Source of the DNA: Treponemataceae bacterium
GTDB lineage: Bacteria; Spirochaetota; Spirochaetia; Treponematales; Rectinemataceae
Assembly (NCBI GenBank): GCA_963677895.2
Contig: CAXXGJ010000002.1
Location: 96,001 to 160,000, forward strand
Length of the DNA: 64,000 nt
Reading direction: 5' to 3'
Made by a program: the position numbers and the translations under genes
Shown: in pieces, positions 47,686 through 56,733 of the stretch
Position numbering within the stretch: the stretch's first letter is position 1
Layout of the letters: each line of letters starts with the position of its first letter
Notes under the pieces: model-generated
What the model was told of the DNA's origin: nothing
Databases searched by the model: none
Seen by the model: the letters and a program-made list of their open reading frames with translations, nothing else

Positions 47686-47715
47686 AAGGGGGCGGCCTTG
47701 AGGCCGCCCCCTTTT
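47686..47715 (+). terminator. Intrinsic terminator after ggt
   Basis: aagggggcggcct-tg-aggccgccccctttt. Confidence 0.7.
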
Positions 47716-47734
47716 ATAGGAAGCTACCACAAGT

Positions 47735-48856
47735 ATGAAAATTACCTTTGCATGCCGGGCCATTGCTTGCCTCGCGCTGGCGGTCTTCACGGCCGTTCCT
47801 GCGGTCGCGCAGGCAGCCGCCGGAGCGGGGCAAGTCCCGCCCCGGAATCTAGCTTTCGACGCCGCCTTGGCCGAACAGAGGCCGGGATCGGCCGTCTCCA
47901 GGATAGGGGCGCTCTCCGATTATCTTCCCTCGCTCGCGGGCACGGCCATGGACAGCCCCGTCTATTTCATCGAGCCCTCCGCGCCGAGCTCCGAAGTGTC
48001 GAGTCCCGGACTTCCCGCCATCCTCATCCTGGGCGGCACGCACGGCAACGAGCTGGCCGGAACCGTGGCCGCTTCCCTCTTCGTCTCCTGGGCGCGGCCT
48101 GTCTCAGCTCGGCTCATCGTCATCCCCAGGGCAAATGCCTCGGCCGCGACCTGGCCGGATCCCGACAGGCCCGGACCCGCCTACGTCGCCATACAGGGGA
48201 GCTCGGGCGAGCGCCGTTTCCGGTACGGTTCGCGCCTGACCAAGCCCGGAGACGAGATAGTCTCCGATCCCCAGGCCTTTTTTCCCCAGGGTGCGGGTCC
48301 CGGAAAGGGCCTCTCCGGTCAGGAAGCGCGAAATCTCAACCGCAACTATCCGGGCGATCCCTCGGGCTCTCTCACCTCCAGGACGGCCGCAGCCATCTTC
48401 GCCCTCATCGGCAAGGAGAACGTCAGGGCTGCCTTCGATTTTCACGAGGCCGGCCCCTCCTCGGGTCTGGCCTGGGATATCGTCGCCCACTCCAAGAATA
48501 TCGGGTACGCCGCCATGGGCATCCTCGCGGCGGAAGACAGTGGCGTCAGCATGGTCCTCGACCAGTCGAGGGAAGAGCACAGGGGGCTTTCGCATCGCGA
48601 ATGGGGCGAAAGTACCCAGGCGGCGGCCTACCTGATCGAGACCCTGAACATGGGGCAGGTCGCGGGCGGGAATCCCGGCTTCGATCACCTGGGCGACGCC
48701 AAGACTCCTCTATGGAAAAGGGTGGGAATACAGATAGAGATAGTTCTCGCCATTCTCGAGGCTCATTCCGAGATGGACGAGTCCGCGGGCTGGGCCGCGA
48801 TAGAGGGAATGCCCGGCATCGAGGCACTGAAGCATGACTTTTCTCGATACTTCTGA
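47735..48856 (+). CDS. Second exported AstE/AspA family deacylase
   Basis: Signal peptide; GGTHGNE, NLNRNYPG, DFHE, GLSHREWG shared with 44804 paralog. Confidence 0.85.
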   Translation: MKITFACRAIACLALAVFTAVPAVAQAAAGAGQVPPRNLAFDAALAEQRPGSAVSRIGALSDYLPSLAGTAMDSPVYFIEPSAPSSEVSSPGLPAILILGGTHGNELAGTVAASLFVSWARPVSARLIVIPRANASAATWPDPDRPGPAYVAIQGSSGERRFRYGSRLTKPGDEIVSDPQAFFPQGAGPGKGLSGQEARNLNRNYPGDPSGSLTSRTAAAIFALIGKENVRAAFDFHEAGPSSGLAWDIVAHSKNIGYAAMGILAAEDSGVSMVLDQSREEHRGLSHREWGESTQAAAYLIETLNMGQVAGGNPGFDHLGDAKTPLWKRVGIQIEIVLAILEAHSEMDESAGWAAIEGMPGIEALKHDFSRYF

Positions 48857-49244
48857 AACGCTGGCCAGGATCCTTGAAGCCCTGCCCCCCGGGCATAGGC
48901 TCAAGGAAGCGGCTTTGGGATTCACGGAACCTGCCGACGGGCTTCTCCAGGCCGAGGGAGAAGCGAAGAGGGTGAAGAATGCGCCGGGCTGGCCCGGCGA
49001 GCTTGGAATCCTAGCCGCTGCCGGAAATCAGTTTGATCGGTACCTTCTCTGGCTGGGCTCCAGGGCCGGAATGGAGGGCAGCCGACAGCTCGTTCTCTAC
49101 CCTCCTCCCGGAAGGTACAGGATAGAATACTGGACAAAAGGCGATGGCCGCCTTGAAGGCGTGGAGATCGGAACTTCCGCGCCCCTCGTGCTCGGCCCGC
49201 CGGGGAATGGGCCCTACATCGTTCTCATCCAAAGGCTGGCCTGA
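48834..49244 (+). CDS. Hypothetical protein
   Basis: 136-aa ORF overlapping previous stop and filling the gap to prs. Confidence 0.5.
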   Translation: MTFLDTSETLARILEALPPGHRLKEAALGFTEPADGLLQAEGEAKRVKNAPGWPGELGILAAAGNQFDRYLLWLGSRAGMEGSRQLVLYPPPGRYRIEYWTKGDGRLEGVEIGTSAPLVLGPPGNGPYIVLIQRLA

Positions 49245-49333
49245 GGGAAGCTTTCCTTGCTCGTCAAGATTGACAAGAGCATCGAGGCGGTATAAATTGG
49301 AATCAACCAATCCATTCCTAAGGCGGCGATCCC

Positions 49334-50680
49334 ATGAGTTATTCCGACCCAACGAAATTGGGCATTCTCGCTTGCCCCGGCGCCGAAGTGTTCACGGACC
49401 AAGTTGTCCGGAAACTGTCCGGGATTTACAAGCGACGATTCGACCGGAAAACCCAGGCCTTGGCTTCGCGATATCACATTAGCCAGGAACTGGCCATACG
49501 GAAGATCAACTTCTCCAACGACGCGAACTCCAGCCTCCTCTACATGCCCGGCCCCACGGACAAGTACAGAGCCCCCCGTTTCAAGATCAACGCCCAGCAC
49601 ACTTTTTTCGCCAATGGCGAGGTGAAGACGGAAATTCTCGAATCGGTGCGCGGCAAAGATCTCTACATCTTCCAGGACATCGAGAATCACCAGCCGATTT
49701 CATTCAACGACGGTTCGGTGAGCCGCGTCATGTCGGTGAACGACCATATTTTCAATCTATTCGTGGCCATCGACGCCGCGATGCAGGCGGGCGCCAACCG
49801 CATCAATCTCGTCCTGCCTATGTATCCCTATTCCCGCCAGCACAAGAAAAAGGGAAGGGAAGGACTCACCGCCGCCCGCGTGGGCGCCATGCTCGAAAAC
49901 CTCGGCGTATCCAGGATCATCACCCTGGACATCCACTCGAAGGAAATCGAAAACTGCTTCGATAAGCTGCGCCTCGAGAACCTCCACGCCTCCTTCCAGA
50001 TCATCGAAAAACTGATGTCCATCATCGATATACAGACCGAAGACCTCGTCGTCCTCGCGCCCGACACCGGCGCGGTGGACCGCAACAAGTTCTACGCCAA
50101 CGCCCTGAGGAGACCGCTCGCCCTCCTGTACAAGGAGAGGGACTACTCGAGGGTCAGCAAGAACGCCGCCGATTCCAACATCAAGGAAATGAGACTCCTG
50201 GGCAATGTCGAAGGCAAAACCGTCTTCATGGCCGACGACATGATCGGCACGGGCGGAACCCTCATCAAGGGAATGAAGAACCTGAAGGAGCTGGGCGCCG
50301 CCAGGGTCATATGCGCTGTTTCCCTGCCGCTGTTCAACGGCTCCGCCGTCGAGGATTTCGACGCGGCCTACAAGCAAGGCTATTTCTACAGGATAATCGG
50401 CACCAACGCCATCCATCACAAGGAACTCCTGCAGAAGGAATGGTATATACAGGCCGACGTCACCGGACTATTCGCGCAGATCATCAGCCTTCTCCATCAC
50501 GACCGATCCCTCTCCTCCCTGCTCGACAACAGGGACGTCGTGGCCAGGCTCATCAAGAAGCAGATGGACAAGGGCGAGGCGATACAGGGCAGCCTGGGGC
50601 TGACGACTCCACCCGCGGCCGGCAATGTCCAGACGCTTCCCGACGAAGTGATTCCCTACGGAGCCGCGGACAAGAAGTGA
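49334..50680 (+). CDS. prs: Ribose-phosphate pyrophosphokinase (long form)
   Basis: FANGE, PMYPYSRQ, TLDIHS, APDTG, DDMIGTGGT; TTGACA upstream at 49270. Confidence 0.93.
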   Translation: MSYSDPTKLGILACPGAEVFTDQVVRKLSGIYKRRFDRKTQALASRYHISQELAIRKINFSNDANSSLLYMPGPTDKYRAPRFKINAQHTFFANGEVKTEILESVRGKDLYIFQDIENHQPISFNDGSVSRVMSVNDHIFNLFVAIDAAMQAGANRINLVLPMYPYSRQHKKKGREGLTAARVGAMLENLGVSRIITLDIHSKEIENCFDKLRLENLHASFQIIEKLMSIIDIQTEDLVVLAPDTGAVDRNKFYANALRRPLALLYKERDYSRVSKNAADSNIKEMRLLGNVEGKTVFMADDMIGTGGTLIKGMKNLKELGAARVICAVSLPLFNGSAVEDFDAAYKQGYFYRIIGTNAIHHKELLQKEWYIQADVTGLFAQIISLLHHDRSLSSLLDNRDVVARLIKKQMDKGEAIQGSLGLTTPPAAGNVQTLPDEVIPYGAADKK

Positions 50681-51339
50681 TCGTCCGCCGGCTTCCGGGC
50701 GACGTGGCCGCCCTCATTTTCGATATGGACGGCACCCTCTACACCCATGAGGCATACGGCCGCTATCAGGAGACGTCCCAGGTGGCGCGCCTCGCCCTGC
50801 ACCTGGGCATCCCTGAATTCGAGGCGGCCGTACTGCTGCAAAGGCAGCGCGAGGCGCGCCTCACCGCAGGCCTTCCCAAAACAAGCATGGCGAATCTCTT
50901 TCTCGACCTCGGCCGCGACCTGGGTTTCGCCATCGATATGGCCACCATCGTCCGCTGGCGCGTCGAGGAAATACGCCCCGCCGAATGGCTGACTCCCGAC
51001 CCCCGCCTCGACGAAACCCTTGCCGCGCTAACCCGGCGGTACCGCCTTGCCCTGCTCACCAACAATCCGCGAAGCGTCGGCGCGGCCAGTCTCGCCGCTC
51101 TCGGCATTGCCTCCCGATTCGAGGCCGTCATCGGCCTCGACGACAGCCTAGCGTCCAAACCTTCCCCGATACCCTTTCTCAAGACCTGCGAAATCCTCAG
51201 TCTTCCCCCCGCCGCCTGCGTCTCCATCGGCGACCGAGCGGACGTGGACATGGAGCCGGCCCTGGCTTTGGGGATGGGGGGAATACTGGTGGATGGCGTG
51301 GAAGATGTCTATCGTCTGCCCGAATTGCTCAGATGCTGA
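50677..51339 (+). CDS. HAD family hydrolase
   Basis: GTG overlapping prs stop; IFDMDGTLY, LLTNN, SKP, IGDRADVD. Confidence 0.85.
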   Translation: MIVRRLPGDVAALIFDMDGTLYTHEAYGRYQETSQVARLALHLGIPEFEAAVLLQRQREARLTAGLPKTSMANLFLDLGRDLGFAIDMATIVRWRVEEIRPAEWLTPDPRLDETLAALTRRYRLALLTNNPRSVGAASLAALGIASRFEAVIGLDDSLASKPSPIPFLKTCEILSLPPAACVSIGDRADVDMEPALALGMGGILVDGVEDVYRLPELLRC

Positions 51340-52998
51340 AATGTCTCAGCTCTTCGGCTATGGCGAAGGCGCAGTCGCCCATCTTCTCCACGTGGCGGAT
51401 TAGATCGATATAGAGCAGTTCGGCCTTGACGTCGGCGCCCGCGCTCAGGCGTTTCCTGGCGAGCTTTTTCAGGTGCTTCTTGAAGGCGTCTATCTTGTCT
51501 TCCATTTCCGAAGCCATGCCCATCTCGATTTCCGTCATGCCGGTGTGCAGGCGCGCGGCCACGAAGCCCAGAAACTCGTCGACCATGTCGGAGAAGGGCT
51601 TGAGGGCTTCGAGCGACTCGGTTTCAAAACGAAGATGCTTGTTCCTTTTTTTCTTCAGGAGAAAAGCTATGCTCAGGCATTCGTCGGACATGTTCTCCAG
51701 CTCCGCGATGATGCGCAGCTTCATGCCCACGCGTCCGCGTGTCTTTTCCGACAGGTCGCTCTGCGTTATCTCGATGAGGAATTTCGATAGTTCCTCGTGC
51801 ATCATGTCCAGGTAGTTTTCCTTGGCGGTGAACCAGGTTATCTCCGTGTCGAAGTCGGCGGCCTCGACCGCTATGTTTTTCCGCACCCTGTCGAACATTG
51901 CCCGGGAAATCGTGGCCATGTCGGCTATCTCTTTCCGGGCGTGGATGAGGGAAAGTTCGGGCGTGGCCTTCAGCGTGGTGGGAAGGTAGATCGCGCGCAT
52001 TTCGGCCTCTTCCGGCTTCTCTTTGATGAGCCGGTTGAGGAGGGCCGCGTACTGGTTGACGAAGGGCAGGAGGATGATGGTGTTGACCGTATTGAAGAGC
52101 GTGTGGAGCATGGCGACGTGAATGCCCATGCTCTGCGCGGTTATCGGGCCGGGTACCACCCAGTCGACAAAAGCCATGAAGGGATTGAAGACGATGATGA
52201 CCCATATCGTGCCCAGCACATTGAAGAGAATATGGGCCCAGGCGGCTCGCTTGGCGTTGGCGCTCGCTCCTTTCGCTATCGAGGCGAGGAAGGCGTCGAA
52301 GGTGGTGCCGATGTTGGCTCCCAGGGTTATGGCCGCGGCGATGTTGAAGTCGATGATGCCCTGTGAGGCCATGGCTATGACGATGGCCAGTGTCGCGCTC
52401 GACGCGTTTATGAGAATGGTGAAGACCATGCCGGCCAGGACGGCGAGAATTATGGCTATATAGCCCATGTCCGAAAAGTTTTGGAGGAAAAGAAGGATTT
52501 CGCGCGAAGGCTCGGGGATGGCGTCGGCGATGAAGCCCAGGCCGAGAAATATGAACGCGAGCCCCATCAACGAGCTTCCATAGCTTCTGAAAGCGTCCGA
52601 GCGCTTCTTCATGATCGACATGAAAAAGCCCGCGCCGAAAATGGGAACGGCCAGCGCCGCGATGCTGAACTTCGCTATGCCTACGCCGGCGATGATCCAG
52701 CCGGTAAGCGTCGTCCCGATATTGGCGCCCATGATGACGCCGATCCCCTGGGTTAGGGAGAGAAGGCCGGCGTTGACGAAGGTGATGAGCATGACGGTGG
52801 TGGCGGAAGAAGATTGGACGGCAACGGTTACCACCGTTCCGTAAGGACCGCCATGATCCTGTTTTTGGTCATGAAATTGAGAGCGCTCTGCAGCTTTTCG
52901 CCGGCCGCTCTCTGTATGCCGTCGCTCGTTCGTTCCATGCCATACATGAAGAGGGCAAGCCCGCCCATCAATTCCAGAAACATCGCAACAATTTGCAT
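51329..52998 (-). pseudogene. Na/Pi cotransporter (NptA/YjbB, PhoU C-terminus) with single-base frameshift near 52839
   Basis: N-terminus MQIVAMFLELMGGLALFMYGM...AVLT in one frame; VQSSSATT, GANIGTT in another; one extra G restores a continuous frame. Confidence 0.8.
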
Positions 52999-53109
52999 CG
53001 CACCTTCCTCGGAGGCAGTATAGCCGGTTTTTAATATTGCTTGAAGATGGGGCTCGGACAGTTTTTGTCAGTGGCTTTTCTCGCGACGATGCGATAGAGT
53101 CTCCTCCGT

Positions 53110-53970
53110 ATGAAGAAGATCCTGTTTTCAGCCGCTCTTTTTTGGTCGGCCTTCGCTTTCTGCGCGGCGCAGTCCGCCCTTCTTCCGGCCGTCGTCGACC
53201 TGCTTCCCCGCCAGGTCTCATACGAAGCCGGACAGTTCCTTGTCGTCGTCGACACCGGCCACGGGACGAAGCCGGTCCTCAAGCCCTTCGGCTTCGCGTC
53301 CGACGTTCCTTCGACCGTCGCCGATTCGGACCGGGCGCTGAGGATAGAGGCGCTCGCCGTCCTCCCCGCCCCCATAGGCTTGAAGCAGACCGAACATTCG
53401 ACCCTACCCGATACGATGCGCATCCTGGCCCGGATACTGAACTCCGTAAACACGATGGAGGGCACCGAATATTGGTCGGCGAGCAGGCAGCGCATGCGAA
53501 CCCTCTATGCCGAAGCCTACAGGGTCGAGTCGGCGTCCAAACGCACAAGACTGCCCGATCCCGGCGACATTCCCTCGGTTCCGGGATCCTCCCAGCTTTT
53601 TTACGCCTTTCTGCGCGACCTGACTTTCGGCGGCAACGTGATGAAATACGATGTCCGTATCGGGGATTCCTTCATCGCCATGACAAACGAGAACGTCACG
53701 ACGGTGAGGTATTACATGCTCCCGCTCGCGTCGCCGGGCAACATGAGGAGCGGCCTTCTCGTCGTGCCCTGCAGGGAGGGACTTCTCGTCCACTTCCTGT
53801 CGACGATAGACGCGATCGATATATTGGAAAAAAGAGTGTTTGAATCGGCGGGCAATAAATCGCTTGCCGTTCTCGGATGGTTCGCTGAACAGACGGCGGC
53901 AGCCGGGCTCACTCAGGAACCGAGGCTGCCGAAGAATATCGAAGAGGTAAGAAATTTAAATGAGAGGTAG
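53110..53970 (+). CDS. Exported hypothetical protein (DUF6675-like)
   Basis: Signal peptide; MEGTEYWSAS, DLTFG motifs; family call tentative. Confidence 0.55.
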   Translation: MKKILFSAALFWSAFAFCAAQSALLPAVVDLLPRQVSYEAGQFLVVVDTGHGTKPVLKPFGFASDVPSTVADSDRALRIEALAVLPAPIGLKQTEHSTLPDTMRILARILNSVNTMEGTEYWSASRQRMRTLYAEAYRVESASKRTRLPDPGDIPSVPGSSQLFYAFLRDLTFGGNVMKYDVRIGDSFIAMTNENVTTVRYYMLPLASPGNMRSGLLVVPCREGLLVHFLSTIDAIDILEKRVFESAGNKSLAVLGWFAEQTAAAGLTQEPRLPKNIEEVRNLNER

Positions 53971-53972
53971 GC

Positions 53973-54197
53973 TCAGGCCTGCTGGACTTCCTTCACTTCA
54001 GGCACTACTTTTTTGAGATAGGCTTCGACGCCCTGTTTGAGGGTCATGAGGGCATAGGGGCAGGAACCGCAGGATCCGGTGAGCTTGACTTTGACGATTC
54101 CGTCGTCGCTTACGGACACGAGTTCGATATCGCCGCCGTCGGCCTGGAGCGAGGGGCGGACATCCTGTATCGCTGCTGTAACACGTTCATTCAACAT
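53973..54197 (-). CDS. NifU/NfuA C-terminal domain Fe-S biogenesis protein
   Basis: VRPSLQADGGDIELV, LTGSCGSCP, TLKQGVE. Confidence 0.92.
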   Translation of the reverse strand: MLNERVTAAIQDVRPSLQADGGDIELVSVSDDGIVKVKLTGSCGSCPYALMTLKQGVEAYLKKVVPEVKEVQQA

Positions 54198-54352
54198 TGG
54201 GATTCTCCTTGTGACAGGAGATAATCTAGCGATTTGCGGTATGATGGGTCAAGTTGCGTCAACCGACTCTCTCTGAGGAGGTTAACGAAGCTTCTAGCGG
54301 TTGTATTCCGAAATGTGATACAATCCAAATTATATTGATGGAAGGGATGTGG

Positions 54353-55108
54353 ATGGCACGCATCATAGTCTTCGTGAACCAAAAAGGCGGAGTTGGCAAG
54401 ACCACGAGCGCGATCAACATCGGCGCCGCCCTTGCGATACTCGGCAAGAGAACCCTGCTCATAGATTTCGACCCGCAGGGCAATATGACCTCCGGCGTCG
54501 GCGGTCCGTCGGGCGCCAAGGGCGTGTACCAGGTGATCTCGGGATTGAGGGAACTGAAAGAGGTTATCGTGGGCACGAAAGTCCCCAACCTGTTTCTCGC
54601 GCCTTCTTCGATCGACCTTTCGGGCGCCACCGTGGAGCTCGTCGAAAAGGAAGACAGGAACGAATACCTCAAGCGCGCCATCGCCACGGTGTCGGATGAC
54701 TACGATTACATCCTCGTCGACTGTCCGCCTTCCCTCGGCATCCTGACGCTCAACGGACTCAACGCCGCCACGGAAGTGATCATACCCCTGCAGTGCGAAT
54801 ATTTTGCCCTCGAAGGGCTTTCCCTGATCCTGCAGACCATAGGTCTCGTGCAGAAAAGCATGAATCCTTCGCTCAAGATTTGCGGCATCCTGCTGACCAT
54901 GTTCGACGGACGCACGAAGCTTTCGCAGGAAGTGGTGCGCCAAGTCACCGAATACTTCAGGGATAGAGTCTTCAAGACGATAGTGCCGAGAAACGTCAGG
55001 CTTTCCGAAGCCCCCTCGCACGGCCTGCCCGTGATGTACTACGACCCGACCTGCATCGGCGCGAGGAGCTACGAAGCCGTTGCCGAGGAGTTGATCAATC
55101 GTGTCTAA
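54353..55108 (+). CDS. parA: Chromosome partitioning ATPase ParA/Soj
   Basis: NQKGGVGKTT, DFDPQGN, DCPPSLG, QCEYFALEG, PRNVRLSEAPSHG. Confidence 0.96.
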   Translation: MARIIVFVNQKGGVGKTTSAINIGAALAILGKRTLLIDFDPQGNMTSGVGGPSGAKGVYQVISGLRELKEVIVGTKVPNLFLAPSSIDLSGATVELVEKEDRNEYLKRAIATVSDDYDYILVDCPPSLGILTLNGLNAATEVIIPLQCEYFALEGLSLILQTIGLVQKSMNPSLKICGILLTMFDGRTKLSQEVVRQVTEYFRDRVFKTIVPRNVRLSEAPSHGLPVMYYDPTCIGARSYEAVAEELINRV

Positions 55109-56013
55109 GTTTGGTCTGGGCAAGGGACTCGGTGCCCTCATACCCGAGCATCAGCAGTATTATGACGCCGCGAAGAATCCGGTGGATATCGGCGGCAGCA
55201 TCACCATCGTTCCTCTTTCGCGGCTGAAGCCCAACCCCGACCAGCCGCGCAAGACTTTTCCCGATGGTTCGATCGAGGAGCTGGCCGATTCCATAAGGAA
55301 GCACGGTCTTCTCCAGCCCATCATCGCCGAGGCGGCAGGCGAAGGCGAGTTCGTCATCATCGCCGGCGAGCGCAGATTCCGCGCGGCGAGCAGGGCCGGC
55401 CTCTCGGAAGTGCCTGTCATCGTGCGGGCGGTATCTTCTGAAAAGCGTCTCCAGCTTTCGCTCATAGAAAACATCCAGCGCGAAGACCTCAACCCGATGG
55501 AAGAGGCTCAGGCCTACAACAGCCTCATGGAACTCACCGGTTATACCCAGGAGCAGGTGGCGGAGGCCGTGGGCAAGAACCGCAGCACCGTGGCGAACGC
55601 GCTCCGCATGCTTCGTCTCTCCGACGCCATGCAGTCGGCCGTGCGTGACGGCATCATCTCCGCCGGCCATGCCCGCAGCCTGCTCGCCGTATCCGATCAT
55701 CGGGCGCGCGAGGCTTTGTTCGCGCGCATTTGTCGCCGAGGGGCTCTCGGTCCGCCAGGCCGAATTGGCCGTACAGGAATTGGGCGGCTACGGCGGTGGC
55801 AAGAAAGCGGGCAAGAGCCGAAAATCGCCGAGAGGCGCCTCCGCGGACGATGCCCTGGAGCCGGATCTTCGCGCCCTGTGCGAAAAATTCATCGAGCGTT
55901 TCGGCACGAAGGTGGAAATCAAGGGTGATATGAAAAGCGGCTCCATAACGATTGACTATTATTCGCAGGACGACCTCCAGCGCATCCTGGACATTGTCGG
56001 GGAAGGCACATGA
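55101..56013 (+). pseudogene. parB: ParB/Spo0J with +1 frameshift at 55729-55731 (likely sequence error)
   Basis: GLGKGLGALI, PNPDQPRK, IAGERRFRA, ENIQREDL; frame switches at cgcatttgtc to VAEGLSVRQAE...IDYYSQDDLQRI. Confidence 0.85.
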
Positions 56014-56726
56014 GAGTGCCGGCGAAGCTGATCGCGGTACTGCTTGCCTTCGCGGCCTCGGTCGCGGCGGCCGCGCCCGGTCCCGCGTTCCAGGACCAAA
56101 GCGTCGGCGAATACAAGGGTTTCAAGGTCCGCTGGGGCGTGGCCGCCGGCGCCGGAGAAGCTGGCTTCCCCTCGTCGGGAAGGCCGAGGCTTTCCGCCGT
56201 GGATGTCGTCAAGTTCAAGGACGAGGCCAGCGGCGAAAACCGTCTGCTTGGCAGCGGGGAAGCCCATGGCATATACCCTGTGTCCCTCGAGGCGGCGGTG
56301 TCCGCCGTGCTCGACTACAAAAACCTGAAAGCCATTTCGCCCCGCGTGCGGGAAGTGCGCATCTATGAAAACGGGCCTCCTCTCTGGAAGGTCTACGAGG
56401 ACATCGGCGTCGATTTCCTGGGCATATCGGTCGGCTATAAGCTGGATTCCGAAACCCTGCGCGACGATCTCCCCGGCGGCGCTGTAGGCGTTCGCGGCCG
56501 CATGCTGAAGAGCCACGACGGCAAACTTTACGAAGCCGATTCCTCCTGGTACTTTACCCGCCTCGCCGTGGGTGGAATTGAGTATACTTACATACGTACA
56601 TATTCCACTTCTGGACTGCGCGAGCCCGGCGCGGGCATCGCGGGCATCCTGAAGCTCTTTACCGCGGGCGACTTGCGCGATCAGGTCGCCTCCGTCGCGA
56701 AGGTAGCGGCAGCGTCCAGGCCATAG
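56010..56726 (+). CDS. Exported hypothetical protein, possibly START/SRPBCC fold
   Basis: Signal peptide; AVSAVLDYKNLKAISPRVREVRI resembles SRPBCC motif; overlaps parB stop. Confidence 0.5.
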   Translation: MRVPAKLIAVLLAFAASVAAAAPGPAFQDQSVGEYKGFKVRWGVAAGAGEAGFPSSGRPRLSAVDVVKFKDEASGENRLLGSGEAHGIYPVSLEAAVSAVLDYKNLKAISPRVREVRIYENGPPLWKVYEDIGVDFLGISVGYKLDSETLRDDLPGGAVGVRGRMLKSHDGKLYEADSSWYFTRLAVGGIEYTYIRTYSTSGLREPGAGIAGILKLFTAGDLRDQVASVAKVAAASRP

Positions 56727-56733
56727 GAGCAGC

